The translations under genes and the position numbers were made by a program. From assembly GCF_009914755.1 (NCBI RefSeq), contig NC_060928.1: 64,000 bases of DNA, one strand, 5' to 3'. Of this stretch, positions 52,233-64,000 are shown piece by piece (the first letter of the stretch is position 1; the number at the start of each line of letters is the position of its first letter). The notes under the pieces were generated by a model. That model worked only from the letters and a program-made list of their open reading frames with translations. It did not search any database and was not told the DNA's origin. The DNA comes from the human T2T-CHM13v2.0 reference genome, Homo sapiens.

Positions 52233-53257
52233 CCATGATGCTTTTAAAAACATTTATATGTACAGTATATAATTTTATATAATTCAATTTTATTTTTCTT
52301 TTCACTATATGTACGTATATACCTCAATTTCTTTATTTTAGCTTTTTTCCTAGTTTTTTACTGTCACAAGAAATTGTAAAAAGAGCCTCTTTGTACATAC
52401 CTTCTTGTATATGTAGAGTGGAAATTCCTCTAGTTTTTTGGGGGTTTTTTTGTTTTTTGTTTTTTTTACCTAAAAATGAAATTGCTTGGTCAAAGCTCAT
52501 CGTTGTCAGGTCAGCTTTACTCTCATGATCTTACAGTGTGTTGTCTTCCAAAAGCTTCAGAGTCAACCTTGCACAGTTAGAGTTTTAATCCATCTAAAAT
52601 TAATTTTCTGTTTTGTGGGAGGTAAGAATCATGAATAACATGCAAAATCATTTGTCCTAACAAAACTGATTGACTAGCTCATCCTTTTCCTACTGATTTT
52701 CCTCCACTCCTGTTGTGTACTAAATTTCCAAATTTCTGAGTTCCCTATTCTTTTCCACTGTTCATCTCCTTCTGTACCAATACCACGTGGTGTTAATTAC
52801 TCTGATTGTATAACAAGATTGAATATATTATAGTTAACTTATTCTTCTTCAGCACTCTCTTAATTATTCTTGGTTCTTTATTCTTCCATATGAATTCTAT
52901 CATCATCTTTTGAAGTTTTACAGATTTCTTACTAAGATTTTTATTGGAATTTCAGTGAACTATAGATCAATTTTAGGAGACTTAATACCTTCAAATAGTG
53001 GAATTTCCTACGTATGTGGGGCTTCTATTATATATTTCAATATTATTTTATTATATCTTGCACAGTCATTTGTGGATTTATTCTTATGTACCTCAAAGTT
53101 ATTGTCTCTTTCGCCATCACTGGAATTTATTTCACTGCTCAGAATTCAATGAATCCTTTCAATCTGAGCCTTGTGTCATTCTTCAATTTAGAGAAATTTT
53201 ATTTTATTATTCCTTATTTTTTTTGTCTTGGTTCTCTCTTTTGGAAATTTCTTTTAG

Positions 53258-53578
<321 letters not shown>

Positions 53579-54164
53579 CAGATGTTGAAGTTATGCTAAC
53601 ACTTCATGTCTCAGTTTTTCAAGCTTTTTGTGGTTTTTGTTCTGTGTTTTAAAAGACTTTCTTAATTTCATTTTCCAAATTACTAATCTAATCCTCAACT
53701 ATGTCCTTTTGAGAATTTGGTCCATCTTTGGATGTTTTTATTTCAGTAATTATACATTTCATTTCAGAGAACTCTTTCTCCTACTCTGATTGCAAAGTTT
53801 TCTTGTTTTATGGATTAAATATTCTCTTCTATTCCTGAGGGTACTATTTAGAATATTTTAAAAGTTCTCTTATGTTCTTTATATAATTTATTTTTCTCAT
53901 CATCAGATACTGTTTGTTAATCTTGGTTTTTGCCCCTTCCAGATTGATTTTTCTCAAATACCTGTTGTCCCTTTGTATGAAAAGCTAGCCTGACTGGGAT
54001 AGGTAGTGACTACAGATTTTTCCAGTTGTTGGAATATAGGACTGGACTAAACACTACCTCATCCAATTTCCAAAATAAAAAGGTCCAGGCAGTACAGCAT
54101 TTCATTCACTTTCCTCCTGGGTCCAGTTGTGTTTTTTTCCCCATCTTTCTATGATTGCTATTGA

Positions 54165-54410
54165 CATCTAAGTGGCATACTGGATAAAAACACAGACCTA
54201 CACAGCTCCCTGAGCATATATCGCAGCTACACTGTGCATTAGCTGTGTGACCTTGGGCAAGTCACTTGACATCTGTGTTTCTCATTAAAATGGGGAAAGT
54301 AGCAGAATCCACACTATAGGGTTATCATGAAGATTAAATAAATCAGTGCTTGGAAACTGCTTGAAACAGGGCCCAACACATAATAGCTGCTTTATAAATA
54401 TTAGTACTGC
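54165..54410 (+). mobile_element. MIR
   Basis: TAGCTGTGTGACCTTGGGCAAGTCACTT...AAAATGGGGA...TGAAGATTAAAT. Confidence 0.88.
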
Positions 54411-54440
54411 CTGTAAACTATGTTTTTATATTCATAATAG

Positions 54441-54770
<330 letters not shown>

Positions 54771-55711
54771 AGAACTCAGCGTTCTTAAAAGAAGACTTCC
54801 CTAAGAGGATTTCCTCCTTTTTTTAGAGAGCAATTTAAGGTTATTGACCTATTTGAAAATAGTGCTTTTCAGCTCAGTGGGAGAGTGGAGAGTAGCAATA
54901 GAGACAAAACTGTTATGAACATCTTTAATTCTTTACTTTGAAGTATCACTGAAAACTTTGGTAGTTTTCTTCTGTGTGGTATTGTGGTCCCCAGTTTCTC
55001 CATTCTTATTCTTTTTCAATCTATCAATTTGCTGTTAATGTTTTAGTAATTTTTCAAATTTTCTGCTATATTGATTTTAGCCTTCCTCATTTCTTAGTAA
55101 AGTTGTAGATTTATCCTTTATTAAAAATCTTTATATCATCTCAAGAATTATGTTGCAGAAAGTGAGATCCAAAATTATGTTTGCTCCATAACCTTGATCC
55201 AAATGGCACCTTCTGGATTTTGCAAAGAGAAAATTGTGAGTGACCTTGGCGATAGCAGGTTTAATGGACTGGTGGAAAGAGTGTAAATTTTAGCGAGTTG
55301 AAGAGTAGGTAGTAGATGTTGAAGCCACTGTAGCAAGTATGGACAATGGCCTGGACAACAGGAACATTTCCAAATTCTACTATCATTTGAGATATTTGGC
55401 ATGCAATATGTATGTCCATATAATAGATATAGTGGAAGTAGCATGTAATATTTCAGAGGAACTGAAAGTGTGGAATGCAGCATGTGTTTCATAGCTGTGA
55501 AAATGCATATCTCATATACACAGAGTACAGGACTCAAGAAGCTGGAAGCTCTAGTTCCAACAGCTGTTCAAACAGATTTGTTAACTTGCCTTGAGTAAAT
55601 AACTTAACCTTGCCAATAGATTATTATTTCTTGTCCCATCCCTTGCTCACTGGAGTTACTCTGGGAGGACTTATAAGCAAAGCACTCACATTTTTAATAG
55701 ATAAATGTGCA

Positions 55712-55712
55712 T

Positions 55713-55748
<36 letters not shown>

Positions 55749-55771
55749 TATATGCATACACACACACATAT
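55712..55771. repeat. Compound (TA)n(CA)n microsatellite
   Basis: Seen directly. Confidence 0.95.
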
Positions 55772-55884
55772 AAAATCTTTCAAGGCTATTCACTGATAGG
55801 TCTCCAATTGCTCATTTCTCCTCTGAAGACATGTTCTCTACTCCAGTGTTTCTGTAAGATCCATGGCCCACCTACTTTATAACA

Positions 55885-56025
55885 ACTTGGGTTTCACTGT
55901 TAAAAAGATTCCTGAGGTGCAGCCCAAACCTACTGAGTCACAATTTCTATGGATGGGCCTAATAATCAGCATTTTTCAAGTTCATGAGTGAATATTATCC
56001 ACACCAAGGTTGAAGGACCACCACT
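55885..56025. mobile_element. MER5A-like fragment
   Basis: AGATTCCTG...ACCTACTGAGTCA...GCATTTT...AAGGTTGAAGGACCAC. Confidence 0.6.
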
Positions 56026-59000
56026 TTAGTGTGGGATGCTCTCTATATGACTGTCAACAAAAAAGCAGACTCATGTTCCTGTCAGGTTACATGCATTTCT
56101 ATGTCAAAGGACAACTACTGTTTAAAAGAGGAAACTGATATTTTAAAGAGCATAATTAGGATGTTCTTCAATGACAGCAACTAAAATTTGAGGAGGAAAA
56201 TTGGCTTGGTCTATAGCATACATTTGTGGATGATCATATCAAAATGTGGGAGATTGTTTTACATTTCTTTCACCTTCATTTTGGAATTTGTTGCTATCAC
56301 CTCAAACAGAGTTCTCAAGGCAAAATTTGAGAGTTTGGGGTATTATTAAGCCCTCTTGTTTTCCCTGATCTCCTTTTGCAGAGGGGACTAAGAAGAAACT
56401 TAAGAAGGTCTCCAGGTCCTTCCATATATCACTGTAGACAAGTGATAGAAAGGAGGAAAACCACTCTGGCTAAGCAAAACTTGTGTAAGAGGCCCAGCCT
56501 TAGAAACCTTTTCAGGAACTGCCAACAATTCTAATGGGGCTTTTTAGTTAAAGAAGCCTGGAGACTGGAACTATGTAGACACAGAGGAAATCTTGTTAAC
56601 TGTCACCAGGTTAATCATTCGGCCCAGCGTTCTTTAAGTGAGAGCTGCTTTGCCACTCTCCTGTTCTGCGTGCCACAGTGCCTGAGTCCACTCCCAGCCG
56701 AGTGCCCTCCTGGGGACAACTAGAAGCACTGGCAGGTGCTCCAAGGTCCTCCTTTCCCTCTTCCCTGCCCCTGCTCCCTAACTGATGTGTGAAACACTCT
56801 AACTACTTGACCCATGGTATGAAGGTCTTTCAGTCTTAACATTGAAGGAAAAGCAATAAGTTGAATATCAGTATGTCTTGGTGAAAACTTTCTCTGTCAT
56901 TGATTCCCCAATTTTAGTTCTAAAACAAATTGATTTTACTATATCAAATAACTGAAAAGTCTTATTTTTACTAAATGAGTAGTTTCTTTGAAATAATTAT
57001 ACTTAATTTATTGTTTTTTTCTTTTTGAAATTCTCATAGAATTTGCATTCCACTAACTGTTGTACTTAAATTTTCTTTCAATAGAAGGATGAATAGAGTC
57101 TTGATAGAAGATAACTTTGTACCTCTTACCTCTATAGCCTCTTGTCAAAATTCTTAAGGGAAATGCTAATGAGGTAATGAATACGTTAGAAATCTCTGTC
57201 TGAATCAAAGCCAAACAGTTCCCTACATGATCATCATTATAATAGGAAATAATTACCAAGCATGTTGAGCTGTGGAACAGTGCAGGTCTTATTCCTTTAA
57301 GGTATCTACTAGAGATAGATGAGGAAAATACCTAAACACACTGAAAATGTTTCAGAGAGTGCCTTGTTACTTTAGACAAATGTTGAATGAATTTCTCAGT
57401 CATCTGGGAGCTTCTATATTAGGTCTTAATCAGAGAACACATCAGTTAGCTGAAGAGCTAAATGTCCATTAAGTATAAACTTTGATTTTGTTTCCAATAG
57501 TTAGGACAAATATTAGCTAACAGGGACTTGATTTCAGTATTTTCCCAGGAGTTATTCAGAAGAAGTAATGAAGAAAGCAGGTACTTTTATTCAAAGCAAA
57601 GCATAGAGTTGAAGAGTCGGTTATTTCAGTGCTGAATACTAATCTGTAATAATTAGCAAAATTTAACATCTGAATGAATCACATCTTTGTTTTTATTTTT
57701 CAGTAAAGGCAATGAGACCTTAATGAGTCTCTGTGTATAAATGAGGTATTTAGTCAGTCCCCCGACCTCTCCCAAGCTTTTACTCTCCTCTTCAACTTTT
57801 CAGTAAAGGTTTTGGGTTTTTCCACTGTTCATGTGTAATGTCTATCAGATAATGGGCAACTGAGAGGGGAAAAGGCACAAATTCAATAAAATTGTCAGGA
57901 TGCTTGCCAAGTCAGTGGGGAAACACCCAGTGTTTACCTGGCTATTTCTGTAACAAATTGCATTACAGTGTATGTATTTCACAACAACACTGCTAACATT
58001 TTAACTCCTTCATGATTTTATGAACTGTGAGCTCCTTCAAGATGCAAACCAAATTACATTTTCTACTATTTCCATACAGACTTGCTTCATGCCTGGCACA
58101 CAGAAAGTATTCCATTAACACCTTCTTAATTAAATGAGGTTTTGCCACCCCTTGTTTTGTAACTCACTCAAGTACACAATTTGCAAGTTTAAATGCTACA
58201 GATGAGAGTGCATGTAACCTTTGTGGAACAATATAAAAGTGAGTTTTCTTCATGAATCAATTATTCATGGTCTGAGTTCCCAGTGACTCAGAGAGTGCCG
58301 TCTTTCAATGCTTTAATACACTAAGGAGAGAAACTCAGTAGATGATTGGTAATTCTAAGAATCTTTAGACCCCAGACCAGGAATTTGAGGCTGTACGGCT
58401 TGAGATAACGCACAGATAAAAGATATGTTTTGCTGAAAACAAAATATTTTTATAATAGGGAATTTTGCATTAAAAATATCTAGAGTTCCAACTTCTCTGG
58501 ATTTCAGGAGGTTGAGCAACCCTTGGCAATAATCCTTTGGAGCTGATGAGGGGCTGCTTTCTTATAATCTCAGTTCTCCTGTGTCATGTTTCCCTTAACT
58601 TGTATTGTTTTACTTTGGACCCTTAGATATTTTAATTTGTTACCTCTTTCCTCCCCATCCCCCCATTATAGAGGCTTAAGACTTAAAATTAACCAGGATA
58701 TGTTGAATATTTTTTGGCAATTTTGAAACTCTGCAGAAAATTTGCTGTGAATTAAATTTCTACTTTTGTGTTCTATCCATTTCTGGAAATTGCTAGAACT
58801 CCATCAGGAGTTCCATGTGTCTCTCAAGGTCCTACTAGGACATCCATTTCCAAAGTTAACTGGACTGTCACTCAAGAGCATATAGTAAATGGCCCTCATG
58901 ATAACAGAAGAACCAATGAATAATTCAACATTGTCTGATAAGCCCTGGGGGCCCACCTTCTAACATCCCTAGCTTAGAAGATCCTGGTCCTTGGTCTCAA

Positions 59001-61284
59001 CCGATATCATGAAGGATATTGGTAAGACATGATGAGAGCGCTGGATGACATGACTCTCTGCCACCCTGACCCACACCAAGTCTTTGCCTGCTTCTGTGTC
59101 CCATATTGAAGCAATTCTTCAAAAATGGCCAAATTATCTTTATGATAATTTTAATTGTGCAGTTAACATTTTAGCATTGCTTGTGAGTTATTCTAAAGAT
59201 CCTTGGAATACAGTAATTTATAATTGTGCTGGGTCAAGTATTGGATCAAGCATGGTGGGAGACTGGTAGTTAGAACATTAATGACTTCACTAGTTAGTGA
59301 GGCTCACAGACCGCACACACGCACATCTCCATGTGGCGTTGTTGCCACGTTTTTATTTTTAAGTCTGTATTTTATGGTAGTGTATATATGTAACACTGTA
59401 ATTGTAGTCTCAAAATAGGAAAATGTCATGGATTTACTCTAATGATAACTATGCAATTTAAATAGGCCCTCCGTTTACTCCAAGTGCAGATTTAAAATAT
59501 TTTTTTCAGATTTGGAAATGATTTTCAGTAATAAATCATAGGACATGTTGGCAGAAACATTTCTCTAGGCTCTGTCTTTAATTTTGGATGTTGCTAGTAT
59601 AGTTCTTTTGCTCCATCACAGGCCTGCTTCTCTAAGTTCTATGAGGTTAGTAATATCTTTATGCAGAATCACAATAGCCCTATGTCATTCATCCCAGTAA
59701 TATGCATGAGCTGAAAAGTTGGCTTGTCTTACAAATGCTAAGAAAAATGCTTCATGCCAAACTTCTTAACAGTGGCCCCTTCTTAGAGAATAAATCATTC
59801 TATGTTTTCTTTAAGATTCATTGCCAACGTTTAAATATTTATAACTTCAGATGAAGCAGGAATCCTGGTTTTGAAGTCCTGGAGCATGAGCTAAAGTCTT
59901 AAGCTCTATAATTAATAATAAGCTACATGTTTGTACAGATACAACAGGTGTGTAGAAGATCTATGTTACCTATTTGACAAGGAGAAGTGAAAATTGAATT
60001 TTCAACATGCAGGCTGATTTTTATGTTAGCAGAATAGAAAAGGGGCCTATTTTTTATCAGTTGAACAATTTAATCTCACCGTGTAGTGGTGTCTGTCACA
60101 ATGATTTGAGGGAAAAAAGTCAAGAGGCAGGCCAAGAAAAGCAGGGCAGACCAAATGCAAGCATCAGAACACTCATGCTGCAATGGCCTGGTAAATGACA
60201 AAGTCTGAGAAGTCATGAAGACTATGGAGCAAGACCAAAGGTCCAAAGTCCCTGCAAGTGTTTTCTAATCATGGCATCTACGGGAAAGGGGAGAGCTAGG
60301 GCAAGCAACACAATTGAAGAACATGGATGCAGAAAGTTGGGAAAGGGCTTGGAACAATTAGTTTTCCTAACCTCAACTTCCTTTCCTCATTCTCCCTGGT
60401 TATTGTCAACTCCAGTAGAAGTTGACAATAGGAGTACAGGTGATGCTAACTAAAAACAACTGGAGGAGAGTGTGGACAGGGTCAGGGAAAAGTCACTGTT
60501 CTTTATAACAATGCAAAAAAAAAAAAAAAAAGGAAGTATGAACTTAGTATCATTCTTGAATTCCTCCCTTAAGTCAATTTATTTCCAGTCTAGGAGGCAA
60601 TGTGTCTCTGTGCTTTATGGCCAGTAGCCAAGAATCTCTCTTCCGTTATAAAGAAACTTTCATAAGGATGCAGAATGGGAATCAGAGAGCAAATGGAGAA
60701 TGAAAAAGTTGTGGGACTAGCAACCACTCCTGGCCTAGTATTAAACCAATCCCAAAGCCCCACCCCACTCACCAAGTTCAGCCTCCCCTGATCGCCTCCA
60801 TGTGAGGCTGGCAGCCTTTAGAGAAGGAGTTGCTTCTCTTTGACAACTCTGGTTATAATCCAATCATCTCTTCTACTCTCCTCATTCCCTTGAAATGTTA
60901 GCTTTCTCTGCCCTTGTTCTCAAATACAGCTTAAGTTTGGAATCTTCATTCTTAAAGGATCAGCATTGGTTCTTCACGAGAATAGTAGTTAGAATGATTT
61001 TGATCTCTTCCATCAACTCTATCCAGACCTGTCAGCTCAGATTGCCCTGAGAGACTAGTAGAAGTTAGATGTGCTGATTTTTAACCCTGATGTCTGGTCA
61101 AAAGCCAGAGTGAATTCTAAAGATTTAAAGCAAATATCTCTATTATTTAGAAAGAAATTATGGCCTGTTTAGAAACTCTTGACATAGTCTGGTAGGTATT
61201 GTATTAACTACCACTCACTCTTCAGTAAAAAGCTGTCAATTAGTTAACTCCTTCTGGGCCATAATGAGCTAATAATGTAGATTG

Positions 61285-61610
61285 GTGTTGTCTAACTGAC
61301 GTATAATGTGAGCCACAAATGTGAACTATACATATAATGTTAGATTTTCTACTAGCCACATTGAAAACAAAGGAAAAAAACAGAAAAACAACCCCCCACC
61401 GGTGAAATTAATTTTAATAATATAATTTATTTATCCAAATACATCCAAAGCATGATCATTTCAACATGTAATCAATATAAAACTTATTCATGTAACATCT
61501 TACATGTTTTTGTACTAAATATTTGAAATTCATATACTTACAGCATATTTCTATTTGGACCAGCTACATTCCAAGTGTTTAATGATCACTTTCACCAGTG
61601 GCTACCAGCC
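61285..61610. mobile_element. MER33 (hAT-Charlie)
   Basis: ATAATGTGAGCCACA...TAGCCACATT...GGTGAAATTAATTTTAATAATAT...CATTTCAACATGTAATCAATATAAAA...AGTGGCTACC. Confidence 0.87.
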
Positions 61611-61674
61611 TTAAATAGAGGGCCTGGTGAGGTGGTTTTTCTTTCTCAGATTTACTGAGATTCCTTTGAGCCGC

Positions 61675-62222
61675 TGTATGAGTCAGGGTTCTCTAAAGGA
61701 ACAGAACGAATAGAATAGATGAATATATAAAGGGGAACTTATTAGGAGAATTGACTCACATGATCACAATGTGAAGTCCCACAATAGGCATCTGCAAGCT
61801 GAGGAGCTGGGAAGCCAGTCTGAGTCCCAGAACCTCAAAAGTAGGGAAGCCAATAGTGCAGCTTTCAGTTTGTGGCCAAAGGCCCCAGAGCCCCTAGCAA
61901 GTCACTGGTGTAGGTCCAAGAGTCCAAAAGCTGAAGAACTTGGAGTCTGATGTTCCAGGGCAGGAAGCATCCAGCACGGGAGAAAGATGGAGGCCAGAAG
62001 ACTTAGCCAGTGTAGTCCTTCCACGTTCCTCTGCCTGCTTTTATCCTAGCTGCCCTGGCAGCTGATTAGATGGTGCCCACCCAGACTGAGGGTGGGTCTG
62101 CCTCTCCCAGTCCACTGACTCAAATGTTAATCTCCTTTGACAACACCCTCACAGGCACACTCAGGAACAATACTTTGCATCCTTCAGTCCAATCAAGTTG
62201 ACACTCAATATTAACCATCAGA
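61675..62222 (-). mobile_element. MLT2A2 solo LTR (HERV-L)
   Basis: TGTATGAGTCAGGGTTCTCT...AAGCTGAAGAACTTGGAGTCTGATGTT...CAAGTTGACACTCAATATTAACCATCA; about 548 bp, including the CCTCAAAAGTAGGGAAGCC segment that I recall distinguishes A2 from A1. Confidence 0.9.
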
Positions 62223-62924
62223 GTCACACAGTTCTCTAAAACAAAATTATTTCCTAAGCTCTCTGTAATTTATCTTTATGATTTTAAAATGTATATTTCA
62301 GATAAGTTCAGACGCTTTTTCATTGATTGCAATTCAGATTCCTTCAAATGTCTTCCTTTCTCCAAGTAGATGGCTATCTTTGTTTCTCTACTCTATTCCA
62401 CCTCCCCACTCCCACTCCCTCCCAGAGAAGAATTTTTCATAAATTTAAAGGGCCACACATTTTTCCCAAGGTGCTAAGATTTGCTCCAGACAGATCATTA
62501 GGGCTTTCTGCAACTTATCCTACAACCTGAACCCAGCCCACACCATCCTCATTAGAAGGCAGCCTACAGAGCATCAGCAAAAAAAGCTGAATTTTTTAAA
62601 GGAGAATGCCCTTCCATAGGACAGAGACAACAGAACAAGAATCTAAGGACTATGGGTCACACTTTCTAAAACTCAGCAGATCTGTCTGGAATCAATGTAG
62701 TAGACTTGAAAAATCAATTTTTCTAGTTATGCAAATGAGTTTAACTGGCTTTATTTTAAATAGAGAAGATTGACTGTGTTGGATCAGTCCTCTTTTTATT
62801 CCAATCAAATGCAGAGTAATATAAACAAAGTATGAGCAGAAGAAAGTTGGGTAGAAAATTATCTAATATACACTATATAAGAGTTCTCCTATGAGTGCGA
62901 TTCCTTCTGCAGAGGGTTGCCCTG

Positions 62925-63000
62925 TTAGTCTTCTTTTCTTCTGGGTCTGGTGTAGTGCCTAGCACCTAGTAGGTCTCAATAAATATTTGTTGGATTAATA
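62925..63000 (+). mobile_element. L2 3' terminus
   Basis: AGTGCCTAGCACCTAGTAGGTCTCAATAAATATTTGTTGGAT. Confidence 0.8.
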
Positions 63001-64000
63001 AACAAAATACCCAACTTTAAAAATTTCCATTGTGTGTACTATATGAATAATATTGAAAGGTACTCAATTAGTATAGGGTGAAGAATGCATGGTCCAGCTA
63101 CATTGTTGTTAGCCGAATAGTTGTTAAATTATTGTAATTTAAAAGAAGTTGGAAAACAACTCCCCACCACCAGCAGCCCTGCCCTCACTGCTCAGTCCCT
63201 CCCTCATTATCCCACCTCCCAAGGTCCACTCACTGAAGAACGAGGGCCTGGCGCCTTCACTGGCCATCAGTTCTAATTGGGCACATTCTGGCTGGCAATG
63301 TCTGGATGAAAATATTTTGAATATAATTCTCAAGTGTGTGTTGAACCAAACCCTCTGGAAAAGCATATGACGTAAAGTGCCTTAAGTTATATTTATTGTC
63401 CATGAAAAAACATTCCTGATAGAAATTTTTAGAAGTTTTTTATTGCTGATATGTTTTCATAAGACTATGGAATACACTGTGAAAGAAACTAATTGTACAT
63501 AAGGATCCTTTTGTGAAAATAAATTTCATTCTGATTTAATATAAACCCATTAAAACATCTCATTTACCTCTCTTACAATTGATTTTGTTGTATTGTTAAA
63601 AGGTTTTCTGTACAAATTTGGCATTGCAGAAGTATGTTTCGAATAGTATGGGAAAAACAAATTATCAGAGTTTATCAGGGGTGGGGAATATTTACAAATC
63701 CTCAACAAAACTTGTAGTGTTTGGTCACATGAAGACAAAAACATGAAAGAATACCTGAGAAAAATACTTGAGACAAAGAGAGAAGAAATAAAGCTGTTAG
63801 TCATGGACACTTCTGATGCATTTTGTACAGGTATAACTTTCTATACTACAGTGTATTCTTATTTATCTTGCAGATAAATCCTCCCTTCCATTTTGAGTTT
63901 TGAAAGGGGAAAAATAGACAATTTATGAAAGCATGAAATATATTCAAAGAGCTCTCATAACCCGATTAGGTGTTCTTAAGCTCTCTCTGAAGTTTTGATA

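Noticed and set aside
62720-62740. Octamer ATGCAAAT sites (also near 9287)
   Set aside because: No proper adjacent SOX site; expected by chance in 64 kb of AT-rich DNA
63550-63810. 86-aa - strand ORF
   Set aside because: Non-ATG start, no recognisable homology

Overview
AT-rich, repeat-dense primate (human-like) genomic DNA, apparently intronic or intergenic. The only recognisable protein-coding homology is at the left edge (1-~410): the C-terminal B30.2/PRY-SPRY part and proximal 3'UTR of a TRIM38-like gene, carrying a 1-nt frameshift near 46-50, so most likely a pseudogene. The rest is interspersed repeats: about 15 Alus (J, S and Y classes, most with visible target-site duplications), L1PA/L1PB/L1MA/L1M fragments, L2, MIR, MaLR and ERVL solo LTRs (MLT1, MST, MLT2A2) and DNA-transposon fossils (Tigger2a, Tigger3a/3b, MADE1, MER3, MER33, MER58A, MER63A, MER46C, MER5). 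The other ORFs in the track look like repeat-derived or chance ORFs. I found no convincing new biological system. The most notable details are an Alu with a twin-priming-type 5' inversion, an L1PA with a 55-bp patchwork templated insertion, an old L1MA 5' inversion, two candidate + strand micro-exons that both end in ATG|GTA, a MADE1 (miR-548-type) hairpin, and an MLT2A2 LTR with an altered DUX4 site. Repeat subfamily names come from remembered consensus sequences and were not computed; boundaries of old repeats are approximate.
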